A model generated the notes under the pieces. The model was not told where the DNA came from and did no database searches. It worked only from the letters and a program-made list of their open reading frames with translations. Shown one piece after another: positions 22,136 to 31,282 of a stretch of 64,000 bases of DNA. This DNA is from Candidatus Saganbacteria bacterium (lineage in GTDB: Bacteria; Margulisbacteria; WOR-1; XYC2-FULL-46-14; XYC2-FULL-37-10). Made by a program: the position numbers and the translations under genes. Each line of letters opens with the position of its first letter. The stretch's first letter is position 1. The DNA is taken from contig JACRPL010000003.1 of NCBI GenBank assembly GCA_016223245.1, positions 74,078 to 138,077 of the forward strand, read 5' to 3'.

Positions 22136-23542
22136 ATGGCTGAAAAAATACCAAAACAAGAAATGATAAATAGGCCGGCAACGGATAGAATAAAAAATTT
22201 TGAGGAAGTTCCATTAGGTTATACCGTCGATCAAGCTATTGCCGAAGCAAATAGATGCCTGCAATGTAAAAGCCCCAAATGTGTCGCGGAATGTCCAGTT
22301 GAAGTCGATATCCCCGCATTTATAAAATTTGTAGCTAAAGGCGACTTTGAATCAGCTGTCAAAAAAATAAAAGAAACAAATTCACTTCCGGCTATTTGCG
22401 GCCGAGTCTGTCCCCAAGAAGAACAATGCGAAATGAAGTGTATTATCGGCATTAAAGGAAAATCGGTCGGGATCGGTAATCTAGAAAGATTTGTTGCCGA
22501 TTGGGAAAGAAGCAAACTCACCCCCAACCCCTCTCTTGTTAAGAGAGGGGTGCCGAACGAAGTGAGGCGAGGTGAGTTAGTTGCTGTTATTGGCAGCGGC
22601 CCATCAGGACTTGCATGTGCTGGAGACCTTGCTATTCTTGGATATCAAGTCACAGTATTTGAATCGCTTCATGTAACCGGCGGAGTTTTGACTTACGGGA
22701 TCCCCGAATTCCGTTTACCCAAGAAGATCGTCGATCTTGAGATACAATACGTTAAAAGTTTAGGCGTTGAGATAAAAACCGATATGCTGATTGGCAATGT
22801 ATATACGATAAATGATCTCTTAAAAGAATATAAGGCTGTTTTTATTGGATCAGGCGCCGGTCTTCCAAAGTTCATGGGAATTGTCGGTGAGAATTATGAT
22901 GGTGTCTATTCCGCGAACGAGTTTTTGTTCCGCGTAAATATGATGAAAGCATGGAAATTTCCGGAATACTTAACTCCGATAAAGATCGGCAAACGTGTTG
23001 CTGTTGTCGGCGGCGGCAATGTGGCGATGGACGCGGCCAGGGTCTCATTAAGGCTTGGCGCCGATGAAGTCTATTTAATCTACAGGAGAACAGAAAAAGA
23101 AATGCCTGCTCGCCGTGAAGAGATCCATCGCGCGAAAGAAGAGGGGATAATATTCAAAGAGCTGACACTTCCTGCAAAATACCACAGGGGTGAAAATGGA
23201 TGGATAACCGATCTTGAATGCATCCAAATGGAACTTGGGGATACTGACTCTTCAGGCAGGAGAAAACCCGTAGAAATTAAGAGCTCAAATTTCAAAATTC
23301 CGATTGATACAGCTGTTGTCGCTATTGGCAATTCTCCAAATCCTTTGGTCCCGCTTCGCACCCAAAACCTCAAAACACATTCATGGGGCGGAATAATAAT
23401 TACAGAAGATGCACAAACTTCGATCAATAATGTTTATGCCGGTGGAGATATTGTCCGAGGCGCCGCTACGGTAATTTCCGCAATGGGCGACGGGAAAAAG
23501 GCCGCGAAAGAGATCAATAAGCTTTTATCGTCAAATAAATAA
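22136..23542 (+). CDS. NfnB/SudA-like (GltD-family) NADPH oxidoreductase subunit
   Basis: Start at MAEKIPKQ (ORF track 22112); two 4Fe-4S Cys clusters and VAVIGSGPSGLACAGDL; paired with the PyrK-like gene. Confidence 0.75.
   Translation: MAEKIPKQEMINRPATDRIKNFEEVPLGYTVDQAIAEANRCLQCKSPKCVAECPVEVDIPAFIKFVAKGDFESAVKKIKETNSLPAICGRVCPQEEQCEMKCIIGIKGKSVGIGNLERFVADWERSKLTPNPSLVKRGVPNEVRRGELVAVIGSGPSGLACAGDLAILGYQVTVFESLHVTGGVLTYGIPEFRLPKKIVDLEIQYVKSLGVEIKTDMLIGNVYTINDLLKEYKAVFIGSGAGLPKFMGIVGENYDGVYSANEFLFRVNMMKAWKFPEYLTPIKIGKRVAVVGGGNVAMDAARVSLRLGADEVYLIYRRTEKEMPARREEIHRAKEEGIIFKELTLPAKYHRGENGWITDLECIQMELGDTDSSGRRKPVEIKSSNFKIPIDTAVVAIGNSPNPLVPLRTQNLKTHSWGGIIITEDAQTSINNVYAGGDIVRGAATVISAMGDGKKAAKEINKLLSSNK
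22515..22578 (+). repeat. 64-bp variant of the AACTCACCCC...GGTGAGTT palindromic element, in-frame inside the nfnB-like gene
   Basis: AACTCACCCCCaaCCCCTCTCTTgtTAAGAGAGGGGtgCCGAACGAAGtGAGGcgaGGTGAGTT; encodes ...KLTPNPSLVKRGVPNEVRRGEL... Confidence 0.6.
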
Positions 23543-24670
23543 TAGTGCTATCCAAAAAAGAAAATTTACCGCCGATCCGCTCAAGTACGGCAAATTACTG
23601 TGCATCGCGAGCGCGAACCCGCCAAAAATAGGCCCTGCAATTCGCCCTAAGCTATCGATGGATTGCATTGCTCCCATTGTAGCCCCTTCATCTATCTCTG
23701 TCCTTTTGGAGATTAGAGATGCCAAGCTTGGGCGGCAAAGGCCAGCTCCCGCGCTTGCAATTCCAACAAAGATCATCAGAGAAATAAAATCATATGAAAA
23801 GATCGTAAGGAGATAACCGATCGAAGATAATATCAGGCCGATCTTAACGATGTTTTCTTCCCCGAACCTTTTAATTAATCGGCCTATCAGCATGCCTTGG
23901 ATAATTACTATCACAACACCCATTGAGACAAATATCCAGCCCATTTCGACCGCTCCAAAATTCAGCTTGTCTTTCGCGAAAAGCGAGAATGTGCCTTCAA
24001 AATTCGCGGTCGAGAATGAAACGACAAAAACCAGGAAAAACGCGAAGGCCAAAAACCCCCTAAGCGACAGCAGGTGTTTGAACCTATTGTATTCGACCTC
24101 GCTGCGGCTTCGTTTTTTCTTTGATTCTTTCAGGAATATTGCCGCAAAGAGGAGATTTATTACGGCTAAGACTGCAGAGAAAAAGAACGGCGCGCTAAAG
24201 TGCAATATGGAAAATAAGCTTCCGATAGCAGGACCTACAATTACGCCAAGGCCCATTGCGGCGCCCATTAGGCCCATTCCATGGCCACGGTTTTCCGTAT
24301 CGGTCACATCAGCGACATATGCCATAGCCGTCGGAAGGCATGCAGAAGATAGTATCCCGCCTAATATCCTCGAGGCAAAAAGCATCAGAAGGCTGTCCGC
24401 AATGCCGAAAAGAACGAATGAAACGGCAAATCCCGCAAGACCTATCAGGATTATGGGCTTTCTCCCGTATTTATCAGAAAGTGATCCCCAAACAGGCGAA
24501 AAGATAAACTGCATCAGCGAATAGCTTGCCATAAGCAAGCCTATTTGGAACGAGGTCGCGCCCAGGTTCAGCGAAAAAAAGGGGAGGATCGGGAGTATTA
24601 TCCCAAAACCGGCCATGACTAAAAACATGGTCATGAACAATATTATTATCCCGGAATTTCTTAATCCCAT
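23531..24670 (-). CDS. MFS transporter
   Basis: 379 aa, 12 predicted TM, MFS motif region (GSLSDKYGRKPIIL). Confidence 0.75.
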   Translation of the reverse strand: MGLRNSGIIILFMTMFLVMAGFGIILPILPFFSLNLGATSFQIGLLMASYSLMQFIFSPVWGSLSDKYGRKPIILIGLAGFAVSFVLFGIADSLLMLFASRILGGILSSACLPTAMAYVADVTDTENRGHGMGLMGAAMGLGVIVGPAIGSLFSILHFSAPFFFSAVLAVINLLFAAIFLKESKKKRSRSEVEYNRFKHLLSLRGFLAFAFFLVFVVSFSTANFEGTFSLFAKDKLNFGAVEMGWIFVSMGVVIVIIQGMLIGRLIKRFGEENIVKIGLILSSIGYLLTIFSYDFISLMIFVGIASAGAGLCRPSLASLISKRTEIDEGATMGAMQSIDSLGRIAGPIFGGFALAMHSNLPYLSGSAVNFLFWIALLFI

Positions 24671-24671
24671 G

Positions 24672-25562
24672 TTAAAAATTATTTTCTATGATCTTTCTTG
24701 TTTCATCCATATTCAAAAGGATAACGCTTCCCGCGGCGTTGTTGCCGGGGTCTCCAGGCAAAGTGATGCTCCTAAAGTTATTTTTCGGCATCATTCTCAT
24801 ATTATTTGCAAGCATAATGAAGCCTTTCAGACTTAAGTCGCTTTTGACGTTTACCCTAATGAGGTTGATGATGAACGGAGCTTTGATGATCGATTGGAAA
24901 GACGCAAGCCTTGAAGATAATGCATTCAAAAATTTCTGCTGGCGTTCAATGCGCCCTAGGTCGCCTAAGGCATCGTGCCTGAACCGCACATATTCCTCGG
25001 CCTGCTTCCCGCTCAACCTCTGCCATCCGGCCTTGAGATTTATAAAAAGTCCCTGGGCTCGGTCGATGTAAAACATGTCTTTATCAACGTTTATTAGGAC
25101 GCCGCCTAGAAGGTCTACAAGTTTAGGCAGGGTCGCGGTATTTACAATCAGATATTTATCGATCGGGATATCGAGAAGTTTTTCGATCGTTGCCTTAGTA
25201 AGGCTTATTCCGCCCAAAACAAAGGCGGCATTTATTTTATTGTATCCAAACCCCGGCACTGCAACATATGAATCCCTTGGTATCGAAACAATATTCAGCC
25301 GGTTCACCAGCGGGTCGACATGAAGGACCATGATCGAGTCGCTGCGGCCGCTTTCCGAAATGATCTTCCCGGTTTCGGCGTTGGTGTCGAGATCGGTCCC
25401 GATGACCAAGATATTCATTGGGCGGCCGATGATGCCGAATTTTATGATAAATGGGATATGGGCGGGGAAAAATAAATTCGTGTAAAAGTAAATTATTCCC
25501 AGGAACAGGACGATTATCCCGATAAGCCTCAACCAATCGACATGTTTCCCGGTTTTTGTCAT
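24672..25562 (-). CDS. LytR-CpsA-Psr (LCP) family protein
   Basis: N-terminal TM then LCP core (NILVIGTDLD...GRSDSIMVLHVD...VSIPRDSYV). Confidence 0.75.
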   Translation of the reverse strand: MTKTGKHVDWLRLIGIIVLFLGIIYFYTNLFFPAHIPFIIKFGIIGRPMNILVIGTDLDTNAETGKIISESGRSDSIMVLHVDPLVNRLNIVSIPRDSYVAVPGFGYNKINAAFVLGGISLTKATIEKLLDIPIDKYLIVNTATLPKLVDLLGGVLINVDKDMFYIDRAQGLFINLKAGWQRLSGKQAEEYVRFRHDALGDLGRIERQQKFLNALSSRLASFQSIIKAPFIINLIRVNVKSDLSLKGFIMLANNMRMMPKNNFRSITLPGDPGNNAAGSVILLNMDETRKIIENNF

Positions 25563-26203
25563 TTCTTTTCGTAGCCGATCGGGATAAGGAGCAATGGTTC
25601 GTGGTCGGGCGGAAGGCTCATTGAAGCCGCAACGACATCGTCCCAGAACGAACCGACACAGACTGTTTTAAGGCCTAAAGCTGTCGCCTGAAGGAGAAGA
25701 TTTTCTGATGCAGTACCAGCTTCTATGTAGACATATCTTTCGGCTCGGCTGCCGAATTTTGTCCTTGTTTTATTATAGTTTGCCGAAACAATAACAATAA
25801 AAGGAGCTTCAGCTACAAAAGTCTGCGCTAGCGCGGCTCGGGCCAAGCTTTGCCGCTTATCGCCTTTTACGATAACCTCAAGTTTATGCTCTAATGGCAG
25901 GTAATGGTATACGCCGGTCTTGTCCACGGCATATATTTCCAACGGGTATAGGCTGCCTGCGGACGGCGCCGACCTGAAATTCCATTGTGGGTCAGTTATA
26001 CCTTGGCACGCCCATAATAATTGGGATATCTGGGTTGAATTTAGCGGCGTTTCGAGGAATGATCTTTCCGATCGCCTTCGATAAATTGCTTCTTCGAGCG
26101 ACATTTGTCCTGTTGATCTTGACTGCGGGAGAGTTATTGTTTCGGCATAAGCCAAAGAGCAGAATACAATTAGGATGAGAGAGGTTATTATGCGCTTTCG
26201 CAT
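25559..26203 (-). CDS. SagB-type dehydrogenase / nitroreductase-family protein (secreted/lipoprotein-like N-terminus)
   Basis: Start moved to MRKRIITSLILIVF (ORF track starts 26353); nitroreductase-fold pattern. Confidence 0.55.
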   Translation of the reverse strand: MRKRIITSLILIVFCSLAYAETITLPQSRSTGQMSLEEAIYRRRSERSFLETPLNSTQISQLLWACQGITDPQWNFRSAPSAGSLYPLEIYAVDKTGVYHYLPLEHKLEVIVKGDKRQSLARAALAQTFVAEAPFIVIVSANYNKTRTKFGSRAERYVYIEAGTASENLLLQATALGLKTVCVGSFWDDVVAASMSLPPDHEPLLLIPIGYEKK

Positions 26204-26275
26204 AAAAACTATTATAACATAAGGTATTTTAAAGGCAAAATCCCGTAGCAATGCATGCGCATTGTACGGGATAAA

Positions 26276-26314
26276 CCCCGCAGCATGCTGCAGCATGATA
26301 CGGGGCTTTTTATT
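26276..26314. terminator. bidirectional hairpin terminator downstream of ssb
   Basis: CCCCGcaGCATGCTGCAGCATGatACGGGG followed by CTTTTTATT (plus) / TTTAT (minus). Confidence 0.45.
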
Positions 26315-26663
26315 ATACAGAAGCGGTTTCTTTTTGCTTTTTTGGGAAATCAAGCATTTGTACGCCTTCAGCTACAATTTCTGTCGAGGTGCGGTTGTTG
26401 CCTTCCTTATCTTTGTACTTGCTTATCTGAATCCTTCCGTCTACCGCAACGAGCCTTCCTTTCTTAAGGTATTCTCCGCAAATTTTTGCAAGAGGACCCC
26501 AGGCGATGCAATTGAAGAAATCAACTTCCTTTACTCCTTCCTTTTTGAAAGGCCTTTCAACTGCGATCGAAAACCTTGTGATCGGGTTTTCTTTCGAAGT
26601 AAATCGGGTTTCCGGGTCGGCCGTTAATCGTCCAATAAGCATGGTCTTGTTTAATGATGCCAT
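26313..26663 (-). CDS. ssb: single-stranded DNA-binding protein (OB fold), lacks the acidic C-terminal tail
   Basis: Start at MASLNKTMLIGRL; SSB OB-fold pattern; ends ...DFPKKQKETASV without DDDIPF-type tail. Confidence 0.7.
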   Translation of the reverse strand: MASLNKTMLIGRLTADPETRFTSKENPITRFSIAVERPFKKEGVKEVDFFNCIAWGPLAKICGEYLKKGRLVAVDGRIQISKYKDKEGNNRTSTEIVAEGVQMLDFPKKQKETASV

Positions 26664-26727
26664 CGTATTCACCTCCTTTTTTCTAAGATATTTTTGATTA
26701 CACAAGATACACAGCAATTATCGCGCC

Positions 26728-26800
26728 AACTCACCCCCTTAATCCCCCTCTCTTAATAAGAGAGGGGGAAACCCGAGCAAAGCGAGGGAGGGGGTGAGTT
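26728..26800 (+). repeat. 73-bp palindromic element, intergenic copy
   Basis: AACTCACCCCC...CCCCCTCTCTTAATAAGAGAGGGGG...GGGGGTGAGTT; nested inverted repeats. Confidence 0.7.
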
Positions 26801-26842
26801 AATCTTCGTCATAAGCGACGAAATCATGTATAATTATTTGCA

Positions 26843-27913
26843 ATGGACGAAAACATAACAATTTTTCGGAAATGCGGCACATATGACCAGGTTGAAGTAT
26901 TCAATTCGATAACTTCAGCCCTTGAGCCGCTAGGCGGCATAGGAAGATTTGTTAAACCGGGGCAAAAAGTATTGCTTAAGCCAAATATCTTGGCCGGTTA
27001 CAGTCCGGATAAAGCCGTAACGACTAATCCAGAAGTTATACGGGCGATCATTCGTCTGGTTAGGTTGGCTGGCGCCCATGCATTCGTCGGTGAAAGCCCC
27101 GGATTTGGAACTGCCGAGAAAATGTCAAAAATTACCGGCATTAAGAAGGTACTTGATGAAGAAAAAGTAGACCTGATCGAATTTAAAACACCCAAAGAAG
27201 TAAATTTCCCGGATGGGAAAAAATTCAAAAGAATAACTGTCGCGGCGGAAGTCTATGGCTATGATGTTTTGATAAATATCCCGAAATTTAAGACCCATGT
27301 GCTTACCGGAACTACTAATGCCGTAAAAAATCTTTTTGGATGCGTTCCCGGCCTTTTAAAGAGCCAATATCATTATAAAATAAAAGAACGCGAGCCTTTT
27401 ATTGAGCTCCTCGAAGATCTGGCGAGATTAATTAAACCGAAATTGACGATAATGGACGCGGTATTGGCAATGGAGGGGGAAGGCGGGCCTGCTGGCGGGA
27501 CGCCAAGACATTTGGGAATTATTGGCGCGACATCGGATCCCTTCGATATCGACCAATTGATGCTTAAGATCATTAACGGGGAAAACATCCAAGGGTTTTC
27601 TTGTCCCGATTTTAAAAAGATAAATATCTTGCCAAGCAATGTCGAATTTTTGCCGCTTTCATTTTTATTAAGCTTTATCAATAAGAACTTTTCCGATAAA
27701 CCTGTGATCGATCCCAAAAAATGCGTCAATTGCAAGATTTGTATCAATGTATGCGCCGCAAAAGCTATGTCCGTCGGATCCAAAAATCCTGTTTACGATT
27801 ATGGCAAATGCATAAGATGCTTCTGCTGCCAGGAAATGTGCCCGGAAAGAGCTATATTTGTAAAAAAGAACATGATATCGGATCTTTTGGCCAAGATATT
27901 TAATCGAAAATAA
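26843..27913 (+). CDS. DUF362-domain protein with C-terminal 2x[4Fe-4S] ferredoxin domain
   Basis: 356 aa; DUF362-like N-region; two CxxCxxCxxxCP motifs near the C-terminus. Confidence 0.6.
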   Translation: MDENITIFRKCGTYDQVEVFNSITSALEPLGGIGRFVKPGQKVLLKPNILAGYSPDKAVTTNPEVIRAIIRLVRLAGAHAFVGESPGFGTAEKMSKITGIKKVLDEEKVDLIEFKTPKEVNFPDGKKFKRITVAAEVYGYDVLINIPKFKTHVLTGTTNAVKNLFGCVPGLLKSQYHYKIKEREPFIELLEDLARLIKPKLTIMDAVLAMEGEGGPAGGTPRHLGIIGATSDPFDIDQLMLKIINGENIQGFSCPDFKKINILPSNVEFLPLSFLLSFINKNFSDKPVIDPKKCVNCKICINVCAAKAMSVGSKNPVYDYGKCIRCFCCQEMCPERAIFVKKNMISDLLAKIFNRK

Positions 27914-27965
27914 TATTATGCAAGTTTTGGGTGTGACGCGACGATTATATTGTGTGATACCTGAA

Positions 27966-28187
27966 ATGAACATCCAAATCCAAAATCTCGTAGTTAAACT
28001 TCATGGCCCCGACAGGGTTGCTATAATGCATTCCCTTACAGACGAATTGTTGGGAGAGGAAGGGGTCCGCAGGGCGATCAACTATAATGTATATTACGGC
28101 GATCCGGAAGCGAAACAAGTTGCTATTGAGTTGGCCTCAAAAATGAAAGTTCTTACTCCACAAGATATCGAATCGCTCTCCGCATAA
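27966..28187 (+). CDS. small hypothetical protein
   Basis: 73 codons from MNIQIQNLVV; no recognisable family; overlaps the larC 3' end. Confidence 0.25.
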   Translation: MNIQIQNLVVKLHGPDRVAIMHSLTDELLGEEGVRRAINYNVYYGDPEAKQVAIELASKMKVLTPQDIESLSA

Positions 28188-29328
28188 CTTCTCTATAAGC
28201 TTTCTTTATAGGGATATGATGTTTATTCGCTAATTTCTTATAGTCTTCGTATTCAGGCGCGATAGTCATGATCTTCTTTCCAAGTGTTCCGATCTTAACG
28301 GCGGCTTTCCCATATTTTGTGTTGATCTGTTTAAAATGGCGGCCAAGTTTTTCTCTTTGGACTAAGAATGTTCGAACGCCAAACGAGGTAGTCGTTTCAA
28401 AAATCGTCTTTAGGATGATATCCTCCAATTCGATAGGGCATAATACAGTTAGTTTGACCGCCGCCCTTTCTTTTTTCATCCGAATATCTTCAAAATATGC
28501 ATCGTATGCCCCAGCTTTCAATAAGGATGTGATCGTATTATCGAAAAGTTTCGGAGCAATATCGTCTATGTTTGTTTCGATCATTAAAACCATATCTTTT
28601 TTGGTTTCTAATTCTTTTTCACCGATAATTACCCTTAAGAAATTCGGCTGAACTTTAAGGTCATATCCGCCGGCTCCGAATCCGGTCTTTTCAACTTCTA
28701 TCCTTGGCAATGGTCCAAAACTTTTCGCGAGAGTTGCAATGATCGCGGCTCCCGTTGGCGTTGCGAGCTCTTTTTTTATTCCCGAATCATAGATCGGTAT
28801 CCCTTTTAGAAGTTCAACCGTCGCAGGCCCCGGAATTGGGATCGTTCCATGAGCGCATTTTGTGGTTCCCGATCCAACATTTATTGGAGAGCAAAAAACT
28901 TCTTCGATACCAAGAAAGGCTAGGCAAGTAACGGAACCCACGATATCTATTATCGCGTCAATAGCGCCGACTTCATGGAAGTGGATTTCATTTATCCCGC
29001 ATTTATGGACTTTGGCTTCCGCTTTTGCAAGATTGTAAAATATTTTCTTGCTTAAAACTTTTATTTTTTTCGACAGATGGCTATTATCTATTATTTTATT
29101 GATATCTTTAAGCGACCGATGGTTTTTTTCTTTTATGGTTTTTACCTCGATATGAGTAGCATTAATTCTGTTGTTTGTTTTTCTGGTAACGAGTAACGAG
29201 TAATGCGTAATGCGAAGCTTTGCTAGTTCTTTTTTTAGATGTTCAATCGGAACTCCGGCATTTACAAGCGATCCTAAGATCATGTTGCCGGAGATACCCG
29301 ATGCGCAGTCAAAATAAGCGGTTTTCAT
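28153..29328 (-). CDS. larC: nickel-pincer cofactor biosynthesis protein LarC (DUF111)
   Basis: 391 aa; MKTAYFDCASGISGNMILGSLVNAGVP N-terminus typical of LarC. Confidence 0.8.
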   Translation of the reverse strand: MKTAYFDCASGISGNMILGSLVNAGVPIEHLKKELAKLRITHYSLLVTRKTNNRINATHIEVKTIKEKNHRSLKDINKIIDNSHLSKKIKVLSKKIFYNLAKAEAKVHKCGINEIHFHEVGAIDAIIDIVGSVTCLAFLGIEEVFCSPINVGSGTTKCAHGTIPIPGPATVELLKGIPIYDSGIKKELATPTGAAIIATLAKSFGPLPRIEVEKTGFGAGGYDLKVQPNFLRVIIGEKELETKKDMVLMIETNIDDIAPKLFDNTITSLLKAGAYDAYFEDIRMKKERAAVKLTVLCPIELEDIILKTIFETTTSFGVRTFLVQREKLGRHFKQINTKYGKAAVKIGTLGKKIMTIAPEYEDYKKLANKHHIPIKKAYREVMRRAIRYLVE

Positions 29329-30074
29329 TTGCGATTAACAATTGCGTTCGCCATAACGGCGGCGCCGAAGCCGTTGTCGATATTTACCGCGGCAACTCCG
29401 GGTGCGCAGGAGTTTAGCATCGTTAAAAGTGCCGACAATCCTTTGAAACTTGCTCCATAGCCAACCGATGTCGGGACGGCGATAATTGGCGCAGAAATTA
29501 ATCCTCCAATTACAGATGGCAATGCGCCTTCCATTCCGGCGACAGCGATAATAACAGAGGCTCTTTTTAAGATTTTAATATTTTTCAACAAACGATGTAT
29601 ACCCGCAACTCCAACGTCATGTAGCTTTTCGACTTTAAGCCCAAGAAATTCTGCCGTAATTGCGGCTTCTTCGGAAACGGGTATGTCGGATGTGCCTGCG
29701 GTTACAATAAGTACAGGGTTTCTATGCCTGCCTGCCGATCCGTCCTCCGTAGCAGTGCTACTGCGGAGGATGGAAGCTTTAGCGAAGGCAGGTTTCTTTG
29801 TTTCTATGTCGCTTTGTTTGAAAGTAACGATTCGTGCGACTTTGTGATATTTCGCTTTTGGAAGAATTTCTTTTATTGCCTTGAATGCCGTTTTATCAGC
29901 CCGGGTTGCTAATACATCATGGCCATAATGCGCGATGCGCGATGCGATATGCGCTATTTGATCGGGAGTTTTTCCTTGGCAGTAGATCACTTCAGGGAAT
30001 CCTTTTCGTTTTATCCTATGATGGTCTATTTTTGCGAACCCAAGGTCTTCGTAGTGTGGTTTATTCTTGCTCAC
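29325..30074 (-). CDS. larB: nickel-pincer cofactor biosynthesis protein LarB (PurE-like carboxylase)
   Basis: 249 aa; PurE-like C-terminal domain (VIIAVAGMEGALPSVIGG); ATGA overlap with larC. Confidence 0.8.
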   Translation of the reverse strand: MSKNKPHYEDLGFAKIDHHRIKRKGFPEVIYCQGKTPDQIAHIASRIAHYGHDVLATRADKTAFKAIKEILPKAKYHKVARIVTFKQSDIETKKPAFAKASILRSSTATEDGSAGRHRNPVLIVTAGTSDIPVSEEAAITAEFLGLKVEKLHDVGVAGIHRLLKNIKILKRASVIIAVAGMEGALPSVIGGLISAPIIAVPTSVGYGASFKGLSALLTMLNSCAPGVAAVNIDNGFGAAVMANAIVNRK

Positions 30075-30143
30075 ATTTACTATTATATCGTGAAATTTAC
30101 TGATTGCACAGGTAGGGTTAGCTGTTTAGATGGGATTATATAA

Positions 30144-30662
30144 TCAGCCTATATTTTCTGTCGTCCGTGGTACTGGTTTGATCTCATGCATCGAAGCTAG
30201 CCAGCTAAACCCTGCGGAGAATTTTGTAGCCGCGTCATACCATGCTTTTGCAAAGTCTCCCTTGACTAGAGCATGGCTTAGGTCAACGCCGGTCAAATTT
30301 GAAAATCTTGCATCCAAATCAGTGAAAGATGCATCCCCGAAAGTGCTAAATCTTAAGCTTGCGCCTGATAACAGAGGGAAGTATGTTCCACAACTAAATG
30401 AATGTGTATCTTCAAATCTTTTGGGCCCGATAACAGATCCGCTAAAGTCAAGGTATAATACAGAATGGGCCGCGGCAAATCCAGCTAATCTTCCGACTTC
30501 GCCATGGGTGAGCGCGTGTTTGAGGTTCAGTCCGGATTCGTTGATCTTTCTTGCGACATCTCCAAGCGATCTATGGTTCGGCCCCAAAACGCTGGATGCG
30601 ATCCCGATCGGCGTCCTCCAAATATTTTTTTGAACTTGAAATTTTGTCCCATCAATTGCCAT
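30144..30662 (-). CDS. pentapeptide-repeat protein
   Basis: 172 aa; tandem A(D/N)LxG-type pentapeptide repeats in the C-terminal half; chosen over the overlapping plus-strand ORF. Confidence 0.45.
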   Translation of the reverse strand: MAIDGTKFQVQKNIWRTPIGIASSVLGPNHRSLGDVARKINESGLNLKHALTHGEVGRLAGFAAAHSVLYLDFSGSVIGPKRFEDTHSFSCGTYFPLLSGASLRFSTFGDASFTDLDARFSNLTGVDLSHALVKGDFAKAWYDAATKFSAGFSWLASMHEIKPVPRTTENIG

Positions 30663-30918
30663 GATATTTTCCTCCTGAAGAATTATTTTTTACTCTATAC
30701 GCCTACTTCGGGAAGTAATATCAGAAATTTCACTTATTAAAAAATACTTTTAGAAATTTTTTGTGCCCCGTAAATAGACATAAAAATATCGTGATGGTAT
30801 ACTTTATCAATCGACCGGTTGCGGACTTCGACGAGCTCAGTCGAGTCGTTGCGCGGCTTGAAACGTATATCGCAATACGTTTCCCACTTCCCAACCCATT
30901 GACGCTTATCGATTTTAT

Positions 30919-30991
30919 GGAGGAGTGGCCGAGTGGTTGAAGGCGAACGCCTCGCCACCGCTACGTTCCGCAGACGGAACTAGCGGGGTTC
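30919..30991 (+). pseudogene. truncated/degenerate tRNA-Ser-like copy (acceptor 5' half, D-arm, variable arm; anticodon stem unpaired, T-arm 3' half missing)
   Basis: GGAGGAGTGGCCGAGTGGTTGAAGGCG... parallels the intact tRNA-Ser at 31283 up to CGGGGTTC then diverges. Confidence 0.45.
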
Positions 30992-31034
30992 CGCCAAAGG
31001 CGGAAAAAGCACTAATACTTAGAAGAATAATCGA

Positions 31035-31280
31035 ATGTTTTATATATACATATTAGAAAACGATGTCAATAAGCATTACATCGGATATACTTCGAAAGAT
31101 CCCATTGAAAGATTAGAGGAGCACAATCGATCAAAGGGAAATTGGACAAGATATAAAGGCCCTTGGAAATTAGTTTATCAGGAAAGCTTTTTAACTAAAG
31201 AAGAAGCTTCTAGAAGAGAAAAGCAGATAAAAAATTATAAAGGCGGTCAAGCCTTTAAAAAATTAGTTATTAATATTTAG
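31035..31280 (+). CDS. small GIY-YIG nuclease-domain protein
   Basis: 81 aa; FYIYILENDVNKHYIGYT...RLEEHN...EEASRREKQIK matches the GIY-YIG (UPF0213-like) pattern; lies between the tRNA fragment and the intact tRNA. Confidence 0.7.
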   Translation: MFYIYILENDVNKHYIGYTSKDPIERLEEHNRSKGNWTRYKGPWKLVYQESFLTKEEASRREKQIKNYKGGQAFKKLVINI

Positions 31281-31282
31281 TT

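Noticed and set aside
23850-24524. 224-aa plus-strand ORF opposite the MFS transporter
   Set aside because: Antisense to a 12-TM MFS frame. No RBS. Pro/Ile-rich low-complexity translation.
30130-30633. Plus-strand 167-aa ORF overlapping the pentapeptide-repeat gene
   Set aside because: The minus-strand frame shows a recognisable pentapeptide repeat pattern and continues the larB-larC strand. The plus frame has no features. Kept only the minus call, at modest confidence.
30919-31010. Considered calling a second functional tRNA (Ser/Leu/Sec type) here
   Set aside because: By manual folding the anticodon stem does not pair (AACGC / CCGCT) and the T-arm 3' strand and acceptor 3' strand are absent. 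Called a fragment/pseudogene instead.
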